From a virus (lineage: Duplodnaviria; Caudoviricetes), in the IMG/VR virus record IMGVR_UViG_3300006105_000091, positions 1 through 27,446 of that record: a DNA stretch of 27,446 nt; one strand, written 5' to 3'. The first letter of the stretch is position 1; every line of letters starts with the position of its first letter. Shown here piece by piece: positions 17,718-25,459 of the stretch. The position numbers and the translations under genes were made by a program. The notes beneath the pieces were generated by a model. That model did no database searches, was not told where the DNA came from, and was given only the letters and a program-made list of their open reading frames with translations.

Positions 17718-18016
17718 GGCAATATGTATTCTTCGATGTTTTGTGTGACGATGAAATTATTGTCGTCTTCCGTAACCAAACCTTTGGGAGAAGTGCCAAT
17801 TGGGACATCTGGACGATAAAACGGAAGGGTTATCTTTTCCGGTTGCCTCGCTGGTAAACGATAAGGGTCTAGCTCGTCTCTATCTTCTAAGCATACACGA
17901 AGTCCGGGAGAATTAATATCCGGATACAGATCATCAATCGACATTTTTCTACGGCAGCGGTCGCAGATGCCAATACCAAGAGTGCCTCTGCCAGTCGTAT
18001 CAAGCCATACGGCCAT
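17714..18016 (-). CDS. Hypothetical protein with CxxC..C motif (head-tail region)
   Basis: 100 aa, 'GICDRCRRK...LRVC...D..DPYRLP'. ATGA overlap with the fibre gene. Confidence 0.75.
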   Translation of the reverse strand: MAVWLDTTGRGTLGIGICDRCRRKMSIDDLYPDINSPGLRVCLEDRDELDPYRLPARQPEKITLPFYRPDVPIGTSPKGLVTEDDNNFIVTQNIEEYILP

Positions 18017-18018
18017 GA

Positions 18019-19074
18019 TTACCTCGTATACATCGAGATATTGGGAGCCATCATAAATGGCGAATTGTCTCGTTCTTCCATAAATGCCATGCTCATTGCT
18101 TCGGCAGCGCGTGGTGCAATACGGTCAGCCATAGCAATATCAACTTCTTTAATTTCAAAGCAAAGACGATTTGCCAACTCCCAAGTTATAGCATCAACCC
18201 AGCGTTGTGGTAACTCAATGGTTTCCGTTAATGAGCCAACATCCATAATATGACGCTGCCGCCATGCAACAAACTGAGCAAACTGCGCTTGTTGATCTGG
18301 TGTAGGCCATAGACGAGCTACTGGAGCAGCTAACTGACGATCAAGCCAAAATTGCAGCGGGCGACCTTGGAAAGTCTTGTTAGGAAGATTGGTGTAGTCA
18401 TCTTGGTTAAGACGAGCAATAGGAATTTCGGTTGGGTTGCCAGCTGTTACAAACTCAGCAACACTAAGCGTAGCCCCACCCGTTTCAGACAAGCGCCAAT
18501 ACTGGGCAGTAATGGATGGGTTAATATCGTACCAATTCCAACCATTTTGTGGATAAACCACTGCACCGGGGTTAACTACCGTAACCCAGTTGGTGCTATC
18601 ATTAGACCATTCAATTTTTAGATTGTATGTGCCAGCAGCATACATATTGACACCAAGCGTAGTCACAAGCGTTGGCTGCAATAGGTTTTGAATAATCCAA
18701 CCATTTGGAGCTGTTTGAACGCAAGCCGTACTTAAATCGCTATCATCAGCCAAGCTAGGCGAACCGCTGCTGGATGAGATCGAGCCAGTGTATTGATTGA
18801 TAGTTCTAAGGTTCGTATTGAGAAGATCAATTGTTCCAACAGGTGTGGTAACGTATCCGTTGCCAAGATAGAACGGGAGAATGATTTTCTCAATTGTCCA
18901 TAGTTGGATACCCCTATTGCATAGGGATGAAATGAGCAAATACAGGCTATCTAGTGCCGTTTGCTGCATTTCTGACGTTACAGTTTCAGGCGGTACTTTG
19001 CACCTTCTGAATGCCTGATCCAGAATATTATTGGTGTTAAATACCGTCTGTGAAACTGTACCGCTGGTTGTCAT
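18019..19074 (-). CDS. Head-tail connector / adaptor protein with an inserted beta-sandwich domain
   Basis: 351 aa: 'MTTSGT..ILDQAFRRC..SLYLLISSLCNRGIQLWTIE', 'YTNLPNK..GRPLQFWLDRQ..LWPTPD', 'LPQRWVDAI...LA..L', 'EERD'. Confidence 0.7.
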   Translation of the reverse strand: MTTSGTVSQTVFNTNNILDQAFRRCKVPPETVTSEMQQTALDSLYLLISSLCNRGIQLWTIEKIILPFYLGNGYVTTPVGTIDLLNTNLRTINQYTGSISSSSGSPSLADDSDLSTACVQTAPNGWIIQNLLQPTLVTTLGVNMYAAGTYNLKIEWSNDSTNWVTVVNPGAVVYPQNGWNWYDINPSITAQYWRLSETGGATLSVAEFVTAGNPTEIPIARLNQDDYTNLPNKTFQGRPLQFWLDRQLAAPVARLWPTPDQQAQFAQFVAWRQRHIMDVGSLTETIELPQRWVDAITWELANRLCFEIKEVDIAMADRIAPRAAEAMSMAFMEERDNSPFMMAPNISMYTR

Positions 19075-19364
19075 TTCTTCATTGACCTTCCGCCCTTCTT
19101 TAACATTTGAGGATTTTTAGATGATCCAATATTTGCTAAAGATGGCGGTGCTTTTGGTTTGGGTGCTGATGGAACAGCCATTGATGATGGCAATGCTGCT
19201 GGCTTGGGAGCCTTATACGCTGGAGCCATGCGGACAGGTACTGTAGTAGCCCCACCCCGTGCAAATGCGCTTCCGGGGCGTGACTTAGCAAAGCTAGATG
19301 CTGCCTTTGATTTGGCAAGCTCAACGCCCTGTACAGCCTTTGTTACACCTGATGGCTTCTTCAT
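19071..19364 (-). CDS. Small basic hypothetical protein
   Basis: 97 aa, Lys/Pro/Ala-rich, with FARGG and LKKGG. ATGA overlaps on both sides. Confidence 0.7.
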   Translation of the reverse strand: MKKPSGVTKAVQGVELAKSKAASSFAKSRPGSAFARGGATTVPVRMAPAYKAPKPAALPSSMAVPSAPKPKAPPSLANIGSSKNPQMLKKGGRSMKK

Positions 19365-20101
19365 TTTTTGAAGCCTTTTAGCGTTTCAGCCAAACGAGCG
19401 CGTTTTGCCAACTTTGGATCAGAAGACTTTTCAGCTTTCTTGATTTTGGACATTGGTATCTTTTCGCCCATTGGAACACCAAGCGAACGATGAAGAGCGC
19501 CTTTGTTTTTGGTAGCACCCTTAATCCAGTTGCCACCCTTAGCCATGCCGCCTTTTTTTAGTCCTTGTTCAACTTCATTAGAATAGGCCTCAATATTATC
19601 TCCGCGAGCATTGGAAATTTTATCAAATTTATCAGCGTGACTTTTGAAATCATCTGAACCGGGGTTCATTTGATCTAATTCATTTTGTTCGTATTTAGCA
19701 GCAGTAGCATCTTTTCCGCTTCTATTTTTTCCGCGAATATATTGTTGAGCGCCGCTTGGCATTTTTTCCATGCGTAACGTACCCGAATCATCATCATCCA
19801 TGCCATCGCGGGCTGCACCACCACGGGCTTTCATCATAACCTTGCCACCACGCTTGTAGCCAGCACCACCAGTTCCACCAGCTGCGCCAGCACCACCAGC
19901 GCCCATGCCTGATGGAGCGCCACCAGACATACCACCCGGAGCAGCTGAAGCCATATCTTGGCCAGCGCTCTGAATACCACCCATGCCACCCGGAGGCATC
20001 ATTGGAGGCATACCAGCTGATTGCATTGCTGGGCGAGCGCCACCGCCAAATACAGGATGAGCGCCATGGTGCATTTTGTGGGTGTGCTTGAAGTCTTTCA
20101 T
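19361..20101 (-). CDS. Basic, Gly/Met-rich hypothetical protein (putative internal head protein)
   Basis: 246 aa with YKRGG, KARGG, LKKGG and MAKGG. C-terminal 'WIKGA..NKGALHRSLGVP.GEKIP..K...LAKRARLAETLK'. Confidence 0.75.
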   Translation of the reverse strand: MKDFKHTHKMHHGAHPVFGGGARPAMQSAGMPPMMPPGGMGGIQSAGQDMASAAPGGMSGGAPSGMGAGGAGAAGGTGGAGYKRGGKVMMKARGGAARDGMDDDDSGTLRMEKMPSGAQQYIRGKNRSGKDATAAKYEQNELDQMNPGSDDFKSHADKFDKISNARGDNIEAYSNEVEQGLKKGGMAKGGNWIKGATKNKGALHRSLGVPMGEKIPMSKIKKAEKSSDPKLAKRARLAETLKGFKK

Positions 20102-20253
20102 TTTTTTTTCCTCGCAGCTGCTGCGTTATCGACAAGGTTGGGATAAGGACGGCCAGCCTTTTTAGCACTAGCCTTTGCGGAAGATTTTTGAGCAGGAGTT
20201 AACGATTTGCTAACTTTTTTAGGGTTTTTTGTTTCCCAAAAAGGTTTTGCCAT
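20098..20253 (-). CDS. Small basic protein, 51 aa (below the ORF-track cutoff)
   Basis: MAKPFWETKNPKKVSKSLTPAQKSSAKASAKKAGRPYPNLVDNAAAARKKK*. The ATG abuts the upstream TAA and the TGA overlaps the next ATG, filling the gap exactly. Confidence 0.8.
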   Translation of the reverse strand: MAKPFWETKNPKKVSKSLTPAQKSSAKASAKKAGRPYPNLVDNAAAARKKK

Positions 20254-20514
20254 TTAGCAACTCCATGCTCTTAAAGATTTGTTAATCCGGCTGTTTGGAT
20301 CATTAGCCGTCTTTGACGATGTTAATTTCTTTTTCATGCCTGTCATTCTAGCACAAAAAGAAGCCTTTCTCCCCTCATCCTTTTTTGATTTAGGATGTGG
20401 GGCTGGAGGCTTTAGATTCATTCCTTGTGCTTTGGCAGAGGCACGGCCTTTAGCGTTTAACCCGCCTTTAGGGTTTTTGCCTTCAGACCGCTGCCAAGCT
20501 GGAGTTTTAGCCAT
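20254..20514 (-). CDS. Small basic phage protein (DUF6321-like)
   Basis: 86 aa, 'GGLNAKGRAS...RKASFCARM.GMKKKLTS.KTANDPNSRINKSLRAW.C'. GAGGT/AGGT upstream. The family name is recalled from memory and not verified. Confidence 0.75.
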   Translation of the reverse strand: MAKTPAWQRSEGKNPKGGLNAKGRASAKAQGMNLKPPAPHPKSKKDEGRKASFCARMTGMKKKLTSSKTANDPNSRINKSLRAWSC

Positions 20515-20522
20515 TACCTACC

Positions 20523-20948
20523 TCAAGAAGCGGCTGGAATTGGATTTGCATAAATCTTAATGCACTCTAGGACAATCGAGTACATATCGCCAATGGACGC
20601 ATCCGAAGTGGTGAATGCGATGTTACCCGTTACAGTAGCGGCAGCATTGTTATCAAGGCCACCAAAACTTGAAAAATCCATGAAATAGTTTGTATTTTGA
20701 GGAAGCACCCAACTGAATAAATCAGTTGTAGCGTCCCAAAGAATACGCACTTCCATGCCATTCGTTGTTGCCCAAATCTTATTGATCGTTACGCCTGTGC
20801 AAGCCTGACCAAATTGGTTGGGGGCAAGGTTGGCAACGATAACTTTATTAACGGCAGTTTCACCCGTACCATCAGAAATGTTTGTAAACTTCTGAATAAC
20901 AAGGCGGTCGCCGTCAAGAAGTGTTTGCGTTCCGACTAAATCAGCCAT
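20523..20948 (-). CDS. Hypothetical virion protein
   Basis: 141 aa with a GGAGA Shine-Dalgarno site. 'KFTNISDGTGETAV.KV...DFSSFGGL.NNA...TGNIAFTT...YSIVLE'. Confidence 0.75.
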   Translation of the reverse strand: MADLVGTQTLLDGDRLVIQKFTNISDGTGETAVNKVIVANLAPNQFGQACTGVTINKIWATTNGMEVRILWDATTDLFSWVLPQNTNYFMDFSSFGGLDNNAAATVTGNIAFTTSDASIGDMYSIVLECIKIYANPIPAAS

Positions 20949-20964
20949 TGATGTTCTCCATGTG

Positions 20965-20990
20965 AAGGAAGGGGGAGACTAAGCTCCCCC
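20965..20990 (-). terminator. Stem-loop, possible weak intrinsic terminator
   Basis: Minus strand reads GGGGGAG-CTTAGT-CTCCCCC followed by TTCCTT, 7 nt after the stop of 20998..21726. Confidence 0.55.
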
Positions 20991-20997
20991 AACTCAA

Positions 20998-21726
20998 TTA
21001 AGCCGGAACAACACCGATTGCGCCAACCTGAGTTGCATTTGGACCAGCTTGAATAGCAGTCAATCCAAGAGCAATCACAAGACGACGCGAACCATTAGCA
21101 GCGTTACCAGACTGAGCGTAAGTACCACGAACGTCACCAGTCGTAGCCGTAGCTGGCGATGTCGTATCAGCTGCAACAAAAGTACCCGCGTTATCGGAAA
21201 CAACATTGTCCCATCCAGTACGAAGAAGATAGCCAGCGTTGGTAACTGCGTATGGAAGGCCGAACAAGTCAGCAGTACCCACCGAAAGATTACCGGTCAG
21301 CGCGGCCGACACGGCAATCTGGGTAATCGTCTTGAAGGTCTTGGTCGTTACTACAGCCGTGATGCCATTAAGCGTTACGGTCTGCGTCTGGGTCTGGCCA
21401 TAATAGTCAGTACCAGTCAGCGTAACCGTCTGGGTCGTATTACCAGCGTTCGAGGTAACAAGCGAAACGCCACGGGCGTAATCAAGCGTTGCCACGCCCC
21501 CCGAAGCCAGAGTACCGTTGATTAGCGCGTTACCAGCTGCGGAAATTGCCTGTGCAGCTGCGATTGCAGTCGAAGTCGAGGCGGCTGGTACGATATCGAA
21601 AACGTAAGTGCGGCCAAGTGGGCCTACGCCACGGCCAATTACGCCCGGATTGCCAGCATTGGCCCATCCAGCAGTTTGTGGTCCAGTTGCTGGACCCATC
21701 CAGAGATCATCATTTTGTTGTCCCAT
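20998..21726 (-). CDS. Putative capsid decoration / head fibre protein
   Basis: 242 aa, Ala/Thr/Gly-rich, with an AAGGAG Shine-Dalgarno site. Directly follows the major capsid gene and has similar codon use. Confidence 0.65.
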   Translation of the reverse strand: MGQQNDDLWMGPATGPQTAGWANAGNPGVIGRGVGPLGRTYVFDIVPAASTSTAIAAAQAISAAGNALINGTLASGGVATLDYARGVSLVTSNAGNTTQTVTLTGTDYYGQTQTQTVTLNGITAVVTTKTFKTITQIAVSAALTGNLSVGTADLFGLPYAVTNAGYLLRTGWDNVVSDNAGTFVAADTTSPATATTGDVRGTYAQSGNAANGSRRLVIALGLTAIQAGPNATQVGAIGVVPA

Positions 21727-21772
21727 TGGTCTGCTCCTTGAAAAGTTTGACCGTTTCAGATGTTGTATAATG

Positions 21773-21800
21773 CAACAAGGGGGTGGATTTTACCACCCCC
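21773..21800 (-). terminator. Stem-loop after the major capsid gene, likely attenuating terminator
   Basis: Minus strand reads GGGGGTGG-TAAAAT-CCACCCCC (8-bp stem, 21779..21800) followed by TTGTTG. Confidence 0.65.
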
Positions 21801-21813
21801 CTGCCGTAGTTTT

Positions 21814-22731
21814 TTACAGGCCCGGAGTACCCCAGACACCGCGAGGATCGGTCCATCCAAAGATGTAACGCTCGGTTGCCTTGTAGCGCATCGAGTCAGT
21901 TTCAAAGTCACCTTCCATGCTCTTTTCGAGCGGACGGCGCATAAGCAACTTCAGACCTTCTGGAGCGTCAGTCTCAACCCACCATGCGGTGTTCGAGGTA
22001 AGACGCGACAGGTTCGTGTGGCCTTCCGACAAAACTCCGGTCGTGGTGATCGGGTTAATGTCGTTGTTATTTGTGCCAGCACGAAGCGCCGACTTCAAAA
22101 GAACTTCAGCTTGGAAGTAGTTTGAAGGAGCAGCAACGATCTTCTTTGGCTCAAGACGAATCTTTTTGCCGTTGTTGTCCACTGCTTGACGAATCTGAAT
22201 CAGAATCTGTTCGAGCGAAGTCTGCGAGAGTGCAGCCGAAGTCGTGAGCTGATTCGAGAACGTCTGACCGTTGGCGATTGGATGAGCCGTGTTAACGAGA
22301 GACACGCCATCGCCGCCGTTGTAACCGGACGTAAACGCACGGTTGAGGATGTTTGCACCAAGGGTTTCCTTGGTTTCGATGAGCGAACGAGCAAGATGCT
22401 CGGCATAGGTGCGGCCAATCGAGATATGATCGCCGTCCTCGACAAGTACCTTCGTGAGCGCAAATGCCATGCCGTATACCCGGTAGGTATAGCGAGCAAG
22501 GAAGAGAACGCCACCGCTCTGGTAGGTTACTGGTGTGCCGTCTGGTAATTCAGGAGCAGCACCAAAGCCGAACAGAACAGGCTCTTCGTGATAGTTACGT
22601 GGAATACCACGCTGTTCTTTGAACACGGTAGCCCACTCGTCCTTACGGACATTGTAGATACCATCAAAGGTTTCGTTGAGGATTGGCTCAACAATGGACC
22701 TAAAGTCCGTACTCCGCATTGGAAGTGCCAT
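21814..22731 (-). CDS. Major capsid protein (HK97-fold, Mu gpT-like)
   Basis: 305 aa with a GGAG Shine-Dalgarno site. 'FGFGAAPELPDG..V.Y', 'LARSLIETKE..GANILNRAF', 'GDGVSL...AHP', 'PKKIV..P', 'AWWVETD', 'EGDFETDSMRYKATERY.FGWTDPRGVWG'. Confidence 0.88.
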   Translation of the reverse strand: MALPMRSTDFRSIVEPILNETFDGIYNVRKDEWATVFKEQRGIPRNYHEEPVLFGFGAAPELPDGTPVTYQSGGVLFLARYTYRVYGMAFALTKVLVEDGDHISIGRTYAEHLARSLIETKETLGANILNRAFTSGYNGGDGVSLVNTAHPIANGQTFSNQLTTSAALSQTSLEQILIQIRQAVDNNGKKIRLEPKKIVAAPSNYFQAEVLLKSALRAGTNNNDINPITTTGVLSEGHTNLSRLTSNTAWWVETDAPEGLKLLMRRPLEKSMEGDFETDSMRYKATERYIFGWTDPRGVWGTPGL

Positions 22732-22744
22732 AGTTTATGACTCC

Positions 22745-23317
22745 TTAGTAAGCAGCAATGTTGGCGACGTTCTGGTGCTGAGAGATTTGAACTTGCACGA
22801 TTGTGTAAGCATCACCCCAAGCATTGTCGATATAGTTCGACAAACCAACCACGCGAAGCTGCGCGTTGGTGGTTCCAGACGAAACGTCCAAAGCAGTTGT
22901 TGACAGACCAAGAGGCGTAGAACCAGTGGCCGAGTTGATGTTGTACTGATTACCAATGTTGGAAATCGACAACGAAGCATTACCTTGAATTTCATAAGTG
23001 ATGTAAGCATCAGCCGTGAAATATGCGATAATGTTCGTAGCAACAGTCGATGCTGGCCAGAAGTTGCTGACGCGCTGACGACCCGTGTTATCGACGTATT
23101 CAACGCCCATAAACGAACCAATTAAACGATCACCAACAGCACCAGCGACAATGTAACCTTCGACCGACCCGGAATCACCGGAGAGGCCATAGCGGCAAGG
23201 CTGGTACTGATAGATCGAAGTACCATAACCCGATAGAATTTGGCCAGACATCGGACGTACCGTACCCGTTGCCGAGTAGATAGGGCGAAGGCCAAATGGA
23301 CTTGCAGAAGAAGACAT
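22745..23317 (-). CDS. Capsid-associated (cement/decoration) protein
   Basis: 190 aa, 'SPFGLRP...G.FMGVEYVD..G...SNFWPA...YEIQ...N.WGDAYT.VQV.I..H'. Immediately upstream of the major capsid gene. Confidence 0.65.
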   Translation of the reverse strand: MSSSASPFGLRPIYSATGTVRPMSGQILSGYGTSIYQYQPCRYGLSGDSGSVEGYIVAGAVGDRLIGSFMGVEYVDNTGRQRVSNFWPASTVATNIIAYFTADAYITYEIQGNASLSISNIGNQYNINSATGSTPLGLSTTALDVSSGTTNAQLRVVGLSNYIDNAWGDAYTIVQVQISQHQNVANIAAY

Positions 23318-23347
23318 TCTTCGTTTCCTTTTTGGTTTGGTTAGAGC

Positions 23348-23866
23348 CTATCGGCTCATTGGGGACCGCAAAGCCGCCAACCCGTCACCCTCGTATATGT
23401 CTCCACCTAGCTGCTTGGCTTGGCTACGGATGAAATCCGCAGTATCAGCCAACTTCCCTTCCTCTGCTAAAGGCCGCTCATAGTGGGCTTCATTCATATA
23501 TGCCTCATAAAGTTTGAGAGGCAGTTTGAAGGCCACCATTTCATTCACCCCGATACAGCCAGCATATTCACCTGTTTTGACCGAAGCGTGATCCCAACCG
23601 GGTACTTCGTGAGGTTCAATCGGTACGTATCCAAGGGAGCGACGAGAATGGATAGAGTCGCGGGGATTGGCTGTTGTCAGCCAGCATATGTGGTATCCGT
23701 TGATGTTAGGTAGGTCGGGCAAAGCGGATTGAAAAAAACTCTGCCTAAACATTGAAAGACGATCATCATCGCTGACATTTCTGTCCTCGGTTACAATACG
23801 ATCTTCCATTTCCCGTGAGACGCGGTTTTCACCTTGTCCCTTTTTTAGACGTTCATCATTTGACAT
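23348..23866 (-). CDS. Hypothetical head-module protein
   Basis: 172 aa with an AAGGAG Shine-Dalgarno site. 'LPDLP.I.GYHICWLTT.NPRDSI..R..LGY.P'. Lies between the scaffold and capsid genes. Confidence 0.75.
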   Translation of the reverse strand: MSNDERLKKGQGENRVSREMEDRIVTEDRNVSDDDRLSMFRQSFFQSALPDLPNINGYHICWLTTANPRDSIHSRRSLGYVPIEPHEVPGWDHASVKTGEYAGCIGVNEMVAFKLPLKLYEAYMNEAHYERPLAEEGKLADTADFIRSQAKQLGGDIYEGDGLAALRSPMSR

Positions 23867-23883
23867 AATTTACTCCTTGAGGC

Positions 23884-24813
23884 TCAACGTGGATTTTGAC
23901 GGTCGTACTGTTGGAACTGCTTAATGTAACGCTTGCGTTTTTCGGGATCATCCCACACACCAGCGTCTTGCAAAGCCTTTTTCCGTTCAGGGGTCAAATA
24001 CACTTTATTATCACTTGTAGACGGACGGTTTGAATACTCGCCTCGACCCGTTACAGGTGGGACTGATCTTTTGCGCTCCCGGTCAGAGCCGACTGTCCCC
24101 AGCCGCTTCTTCACACGCGCATCAAGTTCTTCCCAATAATCCTCGCTAGAAGGGCTTACACCCTGCCTTTGAGCCTCTTTTGCCCATGCCTCGTCAATTG
24201 CGCGGGCAATTGCAGAATCTTCGTCGTCCCCCGAAGGGTTAAACCAAGAGTTTTTCTGCATCCATTGTTGAGCGTGTGTCTCTGTTCTTGGATCGAGAAC
24301 ACTAGACTTTTGCTGCAACTGCGGATTCGATAACCGCTTTTTAAGCTCTTCAGCTTCTCGAGCGGCGTATATGCTTTGTTCTCTGGCTTTTTGAGCAGCA
24401 ACGGCTTTATCGCCATCGCCAGTCTCGAAAGCCTCCTTCAAGTCACGCTCTGCTTTGGCAATCTGTGCCATCGCGTAATTGTACCGCTGATCGGCGGTCT
24501 GAGCATCCGATTGGATATTGCGGGTTTCAAGAGCAGCTAACCGTTCTTTAGCTTCCAGCAATTCCCGAAGAAGGTGGGCGTTTTCTTCCCGAGTCTTCTT
24601 CATGTTTTCTTTTTGACGCTGCTTTTGCCGTTTCCGGCGAAGCTGACGGGCGTTTATCTCTTCGCCATCATCACCTTCTTCTTGCGCGTCACGCTGGTCA
24701 GATTCGAGGCGATCATCATCACCATCGTGATCTTCATCATCATGCCCTTCCTCAAGCTCGATGACTTCCATATCGTCTTCGTCGTCTTCGACAATTCTTG
24801 ACTTTTCATTCAT
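23884..24813 (-). CDS. Capsid scaffolding protein
   Basis: 309 aa. Very acidic N-terminus, long coiled coil, 'WMQKNSWF', 'SEDYWEELDARVKKR' and a C-terminal helix 'LTPERKKALQDAGVWDDP'. Upstream of the capsid genes. Confidence 0.75.
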   Translation of the reverse strand: MNEKSRIVEDDEDDMEVIELEEGHDDEDHDGDDDRLESDQRDAQEEGDDGEEINARQLRRKRQKQRQKENMKKTREENAHLLRELLEAKERLAALETRNIQSDAQTADQRYNYAMAQIAKAERDLKEAFETGDGDKAVAAQKAREQSIYAAREAEELKKRLSNPQLQQKSSVLDPRTETHAQQWMQKNSWFNPSGDDEDSAIARAIDEAWAKEAQRQGVSPSSEDYWEELDARVKKRLGTVGSDRERKRSVPPVTGRGEYSNRPSTSDNKVYLTPERKKALQDAGVWDDPEKRKRYIKQFQQYDRQNPR

Positions 24814-24825
24814 GGCGCGATCCTA

Positions 24826-25251
24826 TCAGATATACGCTTGGACGGAAAGAGGGTCCGTCGTCACGTTGCCAATGATGTCAAGATCGTTGAAAATTACAAA
24901 TTCAACCTTCTCTCCCTTAGTGCCGGGGATTTCCCGCCGCCATCTTGAGCCACCATACTTTGAAACGAATACAAAGTCACCTTCTTTGTACCACGCCCCT
25001 TCAGGCCAAAGCTCCATCGTGTTGCGGTTCCTGAAAGACAACGGCCCAGTAGCTATAACTTTTGCCACTTGCGTGTTGTCTTGCTCCGCATCTTTCGTGT
25101 AGTCCGAAAGAATAATGCTTCCAATTTTAGACTTAGGTCTACGTATCTGTACCAAAACCCTTGATCCCGTTGGCTTGATGCCAAAGTCCATCTCAGGAAA
25201 TGCTTCATTAATCTCTGATAATGAAGGTGTCACCACGGCGCTTGTAACCAT
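24826..25251 (-). CDS. groES: Co-chaperonin GroES/Cpn10-like protein
   Basis: 'IKPTGSRVLVQ...KSKIGSIIL....AKVIATGP....KEGDFVFVSKYGGS....FVIFNDLDIIG' matches the Cpn10 pattern P(L)xDRVLV / GGIxL / VxAVGxG / VGDxVxxxKYxG / DILA. GAGGA Shine-Dalgarno site. Confidence 0.85.
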   Translation of the reverse strand: MVTSAVVTPSLSEINEAFPEMDFGIKPTGSRVLVQIRRPKSKIGSIILSDYTKDAEQDNTQVAKVIATGPLSFRNRNTMELWPEGAWYKEGDFVFVSKYGGSRWRREIPGTKGEKVEFVIFNDLDIIGNVTTDPLSVQAYI

Positions 25252-25459
25252 GATCGTCGTCCTCGCTCTCTTTATTCAAAGCCATTTCGATTGTCTCAAC
25301 GGCTTTCATCAATCCGGAATAATGTCCGGTCACACGCCCATACTCAAAGGCATCTCGGTCGGCAGGGTGTGCCATCGCGCTTTCGGCAAATTCTCTTTGC
25401 TCTTTCTTTAGCGCGATTAACACCCGCTCGATTAGTGGGAAATCAGCAAGCCTTACCAC
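25208..25459 (-). CDS. Hypothetical protein
   Basis: About 83 aa, helical, 'FEYGRVTGHYSGLMKAVETIE'. The GTG start is uncertain, and the ORF overlaps both neighbours. Confidence 0.65.
   Translation of the reverse strand: MVRLADFPLIERVLIALKKEQREFAESAMAHPADRDAFEYGRVTGHYSGLMKAVETIEMALNKESEDDDHGYKRRGDTFIIRD

Noticed and set aside
21738-21771. Plus-strand sigma70-like promoter (TTGACC or TTGAAA with TATAAT) antisense to the capsid gene
   Set aside because: The spacers are 13 and 22 nt rather than 16-18, and there is no correctly placed extended -10 TG.
21726-21816. Read-through or frameshift extension of the major capsid protein into the next gene
   Set aside because: The capsid gene ends in TAA followed by a hairpin and an 87-nt gap. 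The next gene has its own strong AAGGAG site, and there is no slippery heptamer before the stop.
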